Assembly: GCA_028030915.1 (NCBI GenBank)
Contig: GCA_028030915.1_4867.1
Source: a phage
Length of the DNA stretch: 64,000 bases
Strand: one strand, 5' to 3'
The number at the start of each line of letters is the position of its first letter. The first letter of the stretch is position 1. The notes under the pieces are model-generated. The model was not told the origin of the DNA. It saw only the letters and a list, made by a program, of their open reading frames with translations, and did not search any database. A program made the translations under genes and the position numbers. This document shows, in pieces, positions 55,701 through 62,626 of the stretch.

Positions 55701-55758
55701 CCAGCGACAGTGCGTAGTTCAGCGCATGTCGTTTAGCAGAGATTTTAAATTTGCGCAT
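52741..55758 (-). CDS. large hypothetical protein (1005 aa), Trp/Tyr-rich, possibly a virion-associated glycan-processing enzyme
   Basis: uninterrupted 1005-aa ORF; aromatic-rich composition (WRWWWM, many W/Y/G/D/N); the enzyme guess is inference only. Confidence 0.55.
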   Translation of the reverse strand: MRKFKISAKRHALNYALSLAYGHQDFVRRNTGLTNDAHNDHYLINPEGVLSNNRHFIADSMAVYQPNGDATTEGQSLLIIGYCHMYIATKNQMWLDAAIHAWEAYATYYYAGQAIPESPQRWICNWLVNGKEPVLSDYPVHPTEPTHGGYKCVPVTFTNGRCQIPQGAPFFGEYLNNFFSAHRGHPTWGAVNADVQKIKESEDGLIDWSKVPDYLITNPEKPYDVKAWVDWNRMLNDPTGYTPIWGGSTSKGPRYEPDWFVVWTGEKVQDGEVIESGLPDAQKGTVQLKDTSINGVYLINYASQVPVEHGGYLFDRNEPWHNRPVHTPLKGSVNQMGNAADAEVWFIDACYLLWRITGEPRYKAALDSVFYTAHEYTYIDAKDKFFRRSKLAETPFTDGISYDYKYPSTVEVAYSRDENGDIVFRSEEAVQNFMEQQAVRFRINSQSKLRVTYGGVCDNGDALACKVMVDINPVKADTEEVNWYGCTLPGSTSMEVKQHDIGLGHLARMTNPANGEDYIIADARACSDYGGCTWQEKFESNIYDGRSGTIVEALFPNDDAGFIIGFWLTDAGVAPPQSIVYRADADFNFRFEDTNKWRWWWMLPATNGEWKQVIIRPEDATLSGYQPDHDTDVETKPSAPNYTTIDQVTILPDSAVENAHFSWYCVNDVPPLFNADDGWTLTFRIAIRGGSAFTGKVGDCTIKDYRLDSLAYCPGTIPFSNIYSEGTYQLGAWHGMPYPGYQYPFMYTIHTDDRYKVWLLNQIRFMHDSQTNYQAQLGELGPGCAAYIWNRWDNYTYGPADTWTTFHWGDGHPWAGYQPRAYNAAARCWYELVVRGKEVPPELVEYVENWAKWLVGFLDRFDNHTPNEFPTAPNKPVWVENDFTAHMCALWIAGSAYAAMAGCTVEGLSRIMDMGMKEMGDNFTVTDIPGKAINGAWSPWANPTTDNGQAFGFYTGEAMRAIGLYLLYKEHGPGHDIYRDLAIPDHTTASLDITFTIPDDPLETN

Positions 55759-55761
55759 GGC

Positions 55762-56232
55762 TTAGTATCCTGTTCCGCAAATGGCCCCTTTCCAGGTTGT
55801 GCCGCCATCCGTAGATGACAAAGACAACACATCCTCGGCGTCTAGCGTGTACGATAACGGAGGTTCTGCACCGTTAGGCCATTTAACCGAAGCCGGCCAG
55901 GTGATTTTGTTTGCACCGGTACCCTGACGTAGCGTCAGTAATAACTCATATCGCGTACCCGGAACCGGGTCGGTAATAGGTGTGATAGAAAGCGCAGTGG
56001 TGGGGTCACCTAAACGGATAATGAAGTCGTCCGCAATATTGGGATCTATTTCAACGATACCGTCAGCACCGGATAAGTTTTGGATAGGGTTTGCATCTGC
56101 CCCGCCGCCGATTTCACTGAGAGGAAGTTTGTACTCCTTTTCATCAACGCTAATAAGCGCTACTGCGCTCGACTTATCACCGTCGTAAGAATCGAGTTCA
56201 TGCAAACGTTTCTTTTTGACTACAGTTGCCAT
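55762..56232 (-). CDS. hypothetical protein (156 aa)
   Basis: ORF directly upstream of the 1005-aa gene. Confidence 0.5.
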   Translation of the reverse strand: MATVVKKKRLHELDSYDGDKSSAVALISVDEKEYKLPLSEIGGGADANPIQNLSGADGIVEIDPNIADDFIIRLGDPTTALSITPITDPVPGTRYELLLTLRQGTGANKITWPASVKWPNGAEPPLSYTLDAEDVLSLSSTDGGTTWKGAICGTGY

Positions 56233-56765
56233 TATGCATCGTCTCCGTAGGTTAACACTGCATCATCACCGATGCATAAAACAGTTTCTTCATCCAGACT
56301 TGCCACAGCTTCTTTTTCATTAAACGCCGTGAATGTAAAGGTAGCCGTCCAAGCCGGTGAATCGTCACTCATCGCTGCAATCAACGGCTCGTTTGTTGGT
56401 GTAATAACCCCTGTCGAGATGTCTTCACGTGACAAGTTTAAACCGCATAACTGGTTTACAACTGTCGCTAAATCAGCATAGGTGTCGCCGGGAGCTACAG
56501 TAACCAGTATCGGTCCTTGCGGGTCGATAATCTTATTAGCGACTAGACGGTCGTAATAGACGGTAACCTTCTTGCCGTTAGGTTTACGTGCTTTCGCAAT
56601 GTACGCTTGCGAGGTACGGGCACTTTCAACACCTAAGTCGATTGGCCCTACTCCGCTTATCACAATCTCGTCAGGCGATAATGACAAGCCGTTATCGTGA
56701 TTAATCAACGCCACGACAAGCGCTTTCGACGAGAGTGTTAGGTCGGGCTGATAGCGGTCTGCCAT
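56232..56765 (-). CDS. paralog-family protein (outlying member), about 177 aa
   Basis: start refined to ATG 56765 (ggagg SD) because the listed N-terminal extension is encoded by the upstream terminator; ...ALINHDNGL...KVTVYYDRLVANKI. Confidence 0.55.
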   Translation of the reverse strand: MADRYQPDLTLSSKALVVALINHDNGLSLSPDEIVISGVGPIDLGVESARTSQAYIAKARKPNGKKVTVYYDRLVANKIIDPQGPILVTVAPGDTYADLATVVNQLCGLNLSREDISTGVITPTNEPLIAAMSDDSPAWTATFTFTAFNEKEAVASLDEETVLCIGDDAVLTYGDDA

Positions 56766-56775
56766 TAACGCCTCC

Positions 56776-56820
56776 AGAAACAAAAAAAATAAGCTACCAC
56801 ACATATGATCGTGTGGTAGC
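56776..56820 (-). terminator. rho-independent terminator
   Basis: gctaccacac-atatgatc-gtgtggtagc hairpin with - strand T-run ttattttttttg. Confidence 0.55.
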
Positions 56821-56834
56821 CTACTCGTACGCCG

Positions 56835-57230
56835 TTAGTGTAGTGTAGCGCTGTGCACCACAGTTAACCCGCGACGTTTGATCTCATCCGCGATGGATTG
56901 CAACAGCTTATCGTAACCCACCTTTACAAATTCAGGTAAGCCGCGGTCAACCATCTCCATCTCGGTGATTTCTTCACGGAAAACTTGACAACAGCCTTCT
57001 AAATAACGTTTAGCTTCTGTCACGTCATCGACATACCGCGCATAACTCAGGGCGATCGCGTAACCTTCTGCAATAAACGCATACTTCATGAAGACTTCAG
57101 GGTCGAGTTCTTCAACTGCTACGTCTAGACGTGAAGCGGTCTGACGTACAGAGTTACGTAATGATTCAGAAAACAGTGTAGTCGTAACCATATCCTGATT
57201 AGGAACGGTTTTAGGCATAATCAATTTCAC
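56835..57230 (-). CDS. hypothetical protein (131 aa)
   Basis: ORF in the gene string. Confidence 0.5.
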   Translation of the reverse strand: MKLIMPKTVPNQDMVTTTLFSESLRNSVRQTASRLDVAVEELDPEVFMKYAFIAEGYAIALSYARYVDDVTEAKRYLEGCCQVFREEITEMEMVDRGLPEFVKVGYDKLLQSIADEIKRRGLTVVHSATLH

Positions 57231-57241
57231 GAGGACTCTCC

Positions 57242-57625
57242 TTACGATAACTCGCCCATGTAAATTACTTCATAACCGAACCACTCACCGATTTCAATAA
57301 GGTAAGAAACTAGCAAGTGGCGATGACAGAATTTCCCCGGTGGGCAATAGCACATTAGTACGACCTCGCCCTGGCGGAGAATCTCTATCAACTTATCAGT
57401 GTCTTCATCAAACAACCGACTAAGTTTCTGCAGGTAGCGTTTGGTATACGCAGCTTCTGCGTCGGGGCCTTTGTCAGACTTCTTGTAGTCCATCAGAAAG
57501 TCCCAGTCGGGTGCCAAATATTTCAGCCCCGACTTAACTGTTATATCCAGCTTTGGCAAATTCCGTTTTTCAGCTATCCGCCACTTCGCCAGTTGGAGCG
57601 TCCACAGCTTTACTTGCTTTGGCAT
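57242..57625 (-). CDS. DUF488-like protein, about 127 aa
   Basis: C-terminal VVLMCYCPPGKFCHRHLLVSYL resembles the DUF488 signature (..TLLCxCxxPxxCHRHLLAE..); start refined to ATG 57625 to reduce overlap with the upstream gene. Confidence 0.45.
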   Translation of the reverse strand: MPKQVKLWTLQLAKWRIAEKRNLPKLDITVKSGLKYLAPDWDFLMDYKKSDKGPDAEAAYTKRYLQKLSRLFDEDTDKLIEILRQGEVVLMCYCPPGKFCHRHLLVSYLIEIGEWFGYEVIYMGELS

Positions 57626-58577
57626 TTTTCGCTCTCTCTTTTTCTTTCTCCTGAAGCGCTTTAAAATGTGGCGCATACGCGCACCACTCTTCCGCGGTAA
57701 ACGATGTGATACATAACCGGTCAGTATCTTCACTTACCGTAAAGGTCGTGTGGTTTCTTTCCGTGTCCTTAAAGTTAGCAAAAGCCGGCACGTCCAAACC
57801 CATAGCAGAAATAGCACTACCAAGAGCAGAACACCATACCCGTCTGTAAGCATCGTTGATTTTAATCTCCCATCCCACTGACGGTGTAATACCAAGACTA
57901 CGATAATTCTGCGACTTTGCTGACGGATTGGCATAAACGATGAGCACGTTATTCTCACGGTCTATCGCGAATTCGTAGTTGTTGTAGTTACTGACCTGTA
58001 CCAACCTACGAATATCTTCCGGCAACTCCTGCCACATTTCCAGTTTCTCTTTATCCCACGCAGGTGTTAGAAGCGGTGGAACGCGACCGGCATGATCTTG
58101 GAAATACATCAATTCGCTATAGAGGTTCTTTAAGCGAGCGTACTCGTCTAATGTCCAATCTCCCAGCTCTAGACTATTCTCCAACGCATCTAGCTTATTC
58201 CAACCAACAACTGCATAGGCGTGGTGCTGTTTGCGCGTAATACCACACATCAGTTTAGCGAGACCGTTAACAACATTGCCCTGTTGAACCAGAGGCGACC
58301 AGCCGTTAGCGTAGCCGGCGCTAACGACAGGCGGGAAGTTCTCTTCCCCGAGCACCGCCCATGTAACATGATCGGTTTGTGCATGGTGTCTATCCATCAA
58401 CCGTTCAACAATGGCCACGCTACAAAGAATTTCCATGAAGTTCGCGTTACCTCCATTCCACATGGAGAAATACGCAGGACGGACATGTCGTGCTTCATTG
58501 GCCGGTGCTTTGCATAGCAGCTGATACATTATCCAGGTGGAATCCAACCCTGCTGAAAACGAAACGAGCTTCGCCAT
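57570..58577 (-). CDS. PP-loop (SGGxDS-type) ATP pyrophosphatase-family protein, 335 aa
   Basis: N-terminal LVSFSAGLDSTWIMYQL matches the PP-loop nucleotide-binding motif; specific subfamily not assignable by eye. Confidence 0.45.
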   Translation of the reverse strand: MAKLVSFSAGLDSTWIMYQLLCKAPANEARHVRPAYFSMWNGGNANFMEILCSVAIVERLMDRHHAQTDHVTWAVLGEENFPPVVSAGYANGWSPLVQQGNVVNGLAKLMCGITRKQHHAYAVVGWNKLDALENSLELGDWTLDEYARLKNLYSELMYFQDHAGRVPPLLTPAWDKEKLEMWQELPEDIRRLVQVSNYNNYEFAIDRENNVLIVYANPSAKSQNYRSLGITPSVGWEIKINDAYRRVWCSALGSAISAMGLDVPAFANFKDTERNHTTFTVSEDTDRLCITSFTAEEWCAYAPHFKALQEKEKERAKNAKASKAVDAPTGEVADS

Positions 58578-58585
58578 CCTTTACC

Positions 58586-58813
58586 TCACTTTTGTTTCTG
58601 TTTTTCTTCACGCATCAACGCCGTTTTACCCGTGCCTCTTGGCCCTTCTATTAAAAGGTTCTGTTTGTGGACCGTATGTCGGTCCACTACGTTAAGTTTA
58701 TTGGCACGGTATCGATTACGTAGCGCAATCGCCAGCATTTTCTTTGCTTGCGTTTGTCCATATACGTAACGGTCGAATGGCGACACTATCTCAATCGGTG
58801 TGAGGTTTTCCAT
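58586..58813 (-). CDS. HslU N-terminal domain fragment-like protein (75 aa, Walker A only)
   Basis: MENLTPIEIVSPFDRYVYGQTQAKKMLAIALRNRYRANKLNVVDRHTVHKQNLLIEGPRGTGKT aligns by eye to the E. coli HslU N-terminus through the P-loop; ORF stops 12 residues later; start overlaps the upstream stop (TAATG). Confidence 0.55.
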   Translation of the reverse strand: MENLTPIEIVSPFDRYVYGQTQAKKMLAIALRNRYRANKLNVVDRHTVHKQNLLIEGPRGTGKTALMREEKQKQK

Positions 58814-59022
58814 TAATTTTCCTCTTTCAATATCTCAGCAACTGCTTTACGGCACGCATTCACCGCGTCAGGATAAGTGGTACTGTTCGGGTCTACGCGG
58901 TCAATGCACATTCTGAACGTACTGGTTGCGGTCTCGCGACGTTCTGCAGTGCGGGTACTGGTGCTGATGGCGATATAGATACAAAACAACACAGCAGCCA
59001 CGATCGGCCAACATAGATTCAT
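58813..59022 (-). CDS. small membrane or secreted protein (69 aa)
   Basis: hydrophobic N-terminus MNLCWPIVAAVLFCIYIAIST; translationally coupled to the HslU-fragment gene. Confidence 0.5.
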   Translation of the reverse strand: MNLCWPIVAAVLFCIYIAISTSTRTAERRETATSTFRMCIDRVDPNSTTYPDAVNACRKAVAEILKEEN

Positions 59023-59720
59023 CAGTAGTCCCCCGTTGCCCCTATCGCAGTCGCTACTTTACTGACAACCTCGTCAACCGGAAGCACCACCTCGTCTTTC
59101 TTGCTCACAATCTCTGGTACTTCTTTGACATGTTCAACGGTCACGTCAAACTTCCGAGTATAACCAACGAGCAGGTTGGCCATTTCTGCACGACTAACGA
59201 ACTGTTGTTCTTCCGACAGATGTAACGACGTATCAAGTAGTCCAGAATGCATGAAGTTTTCAATGAGCTGGTCTTCTTCCGCTTTGAAGTCGTACCGCTC
59301 GTTCGGGGCGGCCACAAACGCATAACCGAAATATTTCCCTTCTTCCTGTTCAGGACGTAGCGATTTAACTAACTTCTCAGCGTGTTCACAGAAGTCCGCC
59401 AAAGTATAATCGTCAAGTGTGGCAACTGCGGTTTCTGTTGCAATTTCACCGGTGTCGAGTTCAGTGAGGTGCATCACCCAAAGATGCCATGGTCGCGGTT
59501 GGTCGAACAGCCCACCGACTAACATATCTGTGGCGATAGCACGAATACGTGGGCTTGCTGTAAAGTGAAAACCACGGCCCGCGTACGGCCCGAGGCGACG
59601 AATCGAACTACCGATAAACGTGATACGATTCAGAGCGTTTTCAGCGACGGTGTGTGCCGTACGTTCTGTGGCAACTTTCGGGTTATACTTTTTGTTACGG
59701 GGTTTCTTTTGCTTAGCCAT
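59022..59720 (-). CDS. hypothetical protein (232 aa)
   Basis: ORF; start overlaps the upstream stop. Confidence 0.5.
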   Translation of the reverse strand: MAKQKKPRNKKYNPKVATERTAHTVAENALNRITFIGSSIRRLGPYAGRGFHFTASPRIRAIATDMLVGGLFDQPRPWHLWVMHLTELDTGEIATETAVATLDDYTLADFCEHAEKLVKSLRPEQEEGKYFGYAFVAAPNERYDFKAEEDQLIENFMHSGLLDTSLHLSEEQQFVSRAEMANLLVGYTRKFDVTVEHVKEVPEIVSKKDEVVLPVDEVVSKVATAIGATGDY

Positions 59721-60100
59721 TAGTTAAAAACCTTTTTGCAAACTGTGTGGAATACTTTACGAATTTCACGAAGGGATTGTTCGGTGTGCAGATAACGATA
59801 CGTTATCTTCCACGCGTTATACGTGTTTTTCAGGGTGATTTCGCTGAGGTCATAAACGAAATCATCATCAGGGTACATGAGTCTCGCCATGGATAAATCC
59901 CACAACGGTGGAATATCCGCTTTCATTAACTCAGCAACTAGCTCATGCGCTTTGTGCTCAAAGCCAACACCAAGAACAAACACTACATGGAACTCCCCTG
60001 GCGAGTTCTTTTTAGAATATGGTCCGTGTCCATGACATGACCACATTGTCGTCGAGCGTGGGGTAACGGCAAATAACTTCACACGCATCCCGTACCCCAC
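59720..60100 (-). CDS. hypothetical protein, possibly the C-terminal part of a frameshifted gene
   Basis: GTG-start ORF without SD; overlaps the better-supported small ORF 60012..60191 in another frame. Confidence 0.35.
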   Translation of the reverse strand: MGYGMRVKLFAVTPRSTTMWSCHGHGPYSKKNSPGEFHVVFVLGVGFEHKAHELVAELMKADIPPLWDLSMARLMYPDDDFVYDLSEITLKNTYNAWKITYRYLHTEQSLREIRKVFHTVCKKVFN

Positions 60101-60191
60101 GCTCGACCCAACCGTTTACGAGCGCTTCGGATGCCCGTAGTTTAAACCGATCCAAAACTTTCAGATCCACACCACCGTATAAAACTGGCAT
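60012..60191 (-). CDS. small ORF (59 aa) with strong SD, possibly the N-terminal part of a frameshifted gene
   Basis: hand-found: ATG 60191 with aaggag SD 8 nt upstream; MPVLYGGVDLKVLDRFKLRASEALVNGWVERGVRDACEVICRYPTLDDNVVMSWTRTIF. Confidence 0.35.
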   Translation of the reverse strand: MPVLYGGVDLKVLDRFKLRASEALVNGWVERGVRDACEVICRYPTLDDNVVMSWTRTIF

Positions 60192-60219
60192 CTTTAATTC
60201 TCCTTAAGGGTGTCTTCAT

Positions 60220-60672
60220 TTAATGGTTGTGTTCTGTAAAAATTGCGAGTGCGAGCCAGTGCTCCATCACTCTTTCCATCACATCTGGGTCAGGTCGATA
60301 GTTGAGTCTAAACGTCCAGCTTGGATAACAGAGATTCGCGTTGCCTTCTTGACGCAGCCAAGTAAAGTTTAACTGAAAACGTTTCCCGTATTCGTGCGGC
60401 TGCCATCCTTCTAATAAATGATTAATGTCTTTAAGACCCGCCTCGGTTGCCACAAATGTTAAGCTGTGGTGTCTACGTGTACGAAGCTTGTCTCCGTCTT
60501 TGCGAACTTCTCCCGTGAATGCCCAAACGGTTGCGATATTCGGCCATTCGCTAAATGCCCTAATGATTGCACGCGTTTTAACATCGACTGGTTTTTCAGC
60601 ATCCAGCGCCCGGATTGTGCGCTGCTTGTACACGGCCAATTCCGCATCATTGACGACTGAACATTGAAACAT
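60220..60672 (-). CDS. hypothetical protein (150 aa)
   Basis: ATG at 60672; ORF in the gene string. Confidence 0.5.
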   Translation of the reverse strand: MFQCSVVNDAELAVYKQRTIRALDAEKPVDVKTRAIIRAFSEWPNIATVWAFTGEVRKDGDKLRTRRHHSLTFVATEAGLKDINHLLEGWQPHEYGKRFQLNFTWLRQEGNANLCYPSWTFRLNYRPDPDVMERVMEHWLALAIFTEHNH

Positions 60673-60690
60673 GGTATATCCCCCAGAGGG

Positions 60691-60732
60691 TTAAAAATAA
60701 AAAGAGCCCTACCTAACCGAAGTTAGGTAGGG
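60691..60732 (-). terminator. rho-independent terminator
   Basis: ccctacctaac-cgaa-gttaggtaggg hairpin with - strand T-run ctctttttatttttaa. Confidence 0.6.
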
Positions 60733-60738
60733 GACTAC

Positions 60739-61044
60739 TTAAGCGACAGCGCGTTTGCGTTTATCGACGACTTTCTTGGTTGCTTTCGCTGCCTTCTTAG
60801 TGGCAGGGATAGTATCAACCGGGGTGTCGGCTACCAAGGCACGCTCTACACCGTCTGCACGTACGACGCGCAGATTCTTCGCCTGTGGTAAGCCTTTGAA
60901 AGTGATGGTCAAACCCGCGCGGAGACCTTGATACAGAAACCCTTGCAGGTTCAGTTTCTTGGCGGTTGCAGTGTTCTCACAACCTTTCTCCACGTACAGC
61001 AGAGTCGTACCTGCGCGTTTAACAATTGTGTATTGTTTAGCCAT
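60739..61044 (-). CDS. hypothetical protein with Lys-rich C-terminal tail (101 aa), possibly nucleic-acid binding
   Basis: aagga SD; C-terminus TKKAAKATKKVVDKRKRAVA; conserved intergenic motif about 39 nt upstream. Confidence 0.5.
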   Translation of the reverse strand: MAKQYTIVKRAGTTLLYVEKGCENTATAKKLNLQGFLYQGLRAGLTITFKGLPQAKNLRVVRADGVERALVADTPVDTIPATKKAAKATKKVVDKRKRAVA

Positions 61045-61077
61045 CTACTTTTTCCTTTCTTTACAGTTAGGTTCAGT

Positions 61078-61100
61078 AAAATAACATCTATCTGAAAAGT
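61078..61100 (-). promoter_or_regulatory. conserved intergenic motif copy 4 (aacatctatctgaaaa)
   Basis: between the stop at 61107 and the ATG at 61044. Confidence 0.3.
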
Positions 61101-61106
61101 CGTGCG

Positions 61107-61439
61107 TTAGACCATCATCTCTAAGCGCACATACTCTTTACGGCTAGGATGTACCTGCGCCATAATCCGATGATGTACACGGTCGATGAGCAGCGTTTCG
61201 TTTACGCGCGGAATAAACCGAAATACGTTTAACGGTAACGTGAACTCAACACCCGTCACAATATTAGACAGTGTCATTAGTTCTTCGCCGATACCTTTAA
61301 CTTCTGCAACCACGGAACGATCGTGTACCTCACCACCTAACGGGGGTGTGAACGCCCGAATAAAACGGACATGCAGTTCCTGGTGCGTCAGTGTGGGCTC
61401 AATGGGGTTTAGGTTCGACATGAAGCTGTCCTGGGGCAT
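61107..61439 (-). CDS. hypothetical protein (about 110 aa; start uncertain)
   Basis: the listed 183-aa ORF overlaps the upstream gene heavily; an internal ATG (61439 or 61421) is the more plausible start. Confidence 0.4.
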   Translation of the reverse strand: MPQDSFMSNLNPIEPTLTHQELHVRFIRAFTPPLGGEVHDRSVVAEVKGIGEELMTLSNIVTGVEFTLPLNVFRFIPRVNETLLIDRVHHRIMAQVHPSRKEYVRLEMMV

Positions 61440-61716
61440 ACGCGGTACCTTTTTCATTGGTTGTGTTAGCAACGCACCACATCCACTGTTTAGTTTCTTT
61501 GTCTTGCCAAGAAAACAAGATAGAACCCTCGCGGATTTCAGACGCATCAACTTCGGGATGGAATAACATGAATTCGTTTTCATCGTTGTCCACCACGACA
61601 TACTGCCCTTCCTCCATACGGTCGAAGTTAGCGACACCAACGGTAATCGGTTCCGCATCGACAGAAAGGGTCACTTCACGTTTTGGCAGGTCACGATGAA
61701 TAGCACTTAACCACAT
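61399..61716 (-). CDS. hypothetical protein (105 aa)
   Basis: ATG 61716 with agagga SD. Confidence 0.5.
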   Translation of the reverse strand: MWLSAIHRDLPKREVTLSVDAEPITVGVANFDRMEEGQYVVVDNDENEFMLFHPEVDASEIREGSILFSWQDKETKQWMWCVANTTNEKGTAYAPGQLHVEPKPH

Positions 61717-61765
61717 TCTCTTAATTCCTCTTTACGTGGGTTGTTTCACATAAGTTAGTGGACTG

Positions 61766-61812
61766 ATGTAAATAAAAAGGGACCTCCTCACCCGTGGGCA
61801 AGGAGGCGGGCC
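61766..61812 (-). terminator. rho-independent terminator
   Basis: GC-rich hairpin cctcctcacccgtgggcaaggagg with - strand T-run cccttttttattt. Confidence 0.5.
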
Positions 61813-62307
61813 TTACAGTTGGTTTTCTTCACGGTCGTCTGTCAGGACGGCTGCGCAGATAAAGCGCGCGAGTTTCAATTTCGCAGCTGCAGTCTCCTCT
61901 GCAGACGGATTCGGGTCAACCGGCGCAGCCAAATCGACATCTGCCAGCTCTTCCGCGTATTTCTCAGCAGCTTCATCGAAGCCTGCACGGATACCTGCCA
62001 GAAGGTCTTGTACTTCATCGCTTGGCACAGGACCATCGATAAGAATCTTCTGAGCGTCAGACGGCTCTACATCGGCAAAGTTCATTTCGTTCAACATGCC
62101 AATGCGTTCTGCGTTAGAGGTGATGAGTTGTGCCAACAGTTTTTCAAAACGGTTGATGTGTTCATCGTCCAACGGTTGACCGGTCAGTAGCTCGTAGTAG
62201 CGGGCCATTAGTGTGTTCGCGTCGGCCCCTTCCTCATGACGCACGCCTAAATCGAAATCGTGCTGAGGGAGCTGACCTAATTCGATCATATCCATAGTTA
62301 ACCTCAA
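61813..62307 (-). CDS. hypothetical acidic protein (164 aa)
   Basis: ORF; Asp/Glu-rich. Confidence 0.5.
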   Translation of the reverse strand: MRLTMDMIELGQLPQHDFDLGVRHEEGADANTLMARYYELLTGQPLDDEHINRFEKLLAQLITSNAERIGMLNEMNFADVEPSDAQKILIDGPVPSDEVQDLLAGIRAGFDEAAEKYAEELADVDLAAPVDPNPSAEETAAAKLKLARFICAAVLTDDREENQL

Positions 62308-62335
62308 CGGTGTTTAAGGGTCATACAATGGCGAA

Positions 62336-62626
62336 TTACGCCGTTACCGGAACAGGGGTGATTAACAGCTCCCCTTCCACCTCACGTAACTGATAACCGT
62401 ACATAACGTTGTAGGATTTAATGCCGTCGCGTTGTTTGGCTTTCGCGACGAGCTTTTCCAACACGCGACTATGTGCACGAGTCATCTCTTCTTTCGAATA
62501 AACAACTTGGAGTACGTGCTGTTCGTCAATAACGGCACGGAACTGCATTACGTCGCCGTCCTCAACGTTGTAAACGACTTCTTTAGACTTCGACACTGTA
62601 CGATTAATTTGCATTATTTTCTCCAT
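62336..62626 (-). CDS. hypothetical protein (96 aa)
   Basis: ORF; start overlaps the upstream gene end. Confidence 0.45.
   Translation of the reverse strand: MEKIMQINRTVSKSKEVVYNVEDGDVMQFRAVIDEQHVLQVVYSKEEMTRAHSRVLEKLVAKAKQRDGIKSYNVMYGYQLREVEGELLITPVPVTA

Noticed and set aside
57570-58577. Calling the PP-loop protein QueC and linking it to the radical-SAM genes as a QueE/QueC deazaguanine pathway
   Set aside because: The protein lacks the C-terminal Cys zinc motif expected for QueC, is 36 kb from the radical-SAM genes, and those sit with Cys-rich peptide genes; the link is unsupported by sequence.
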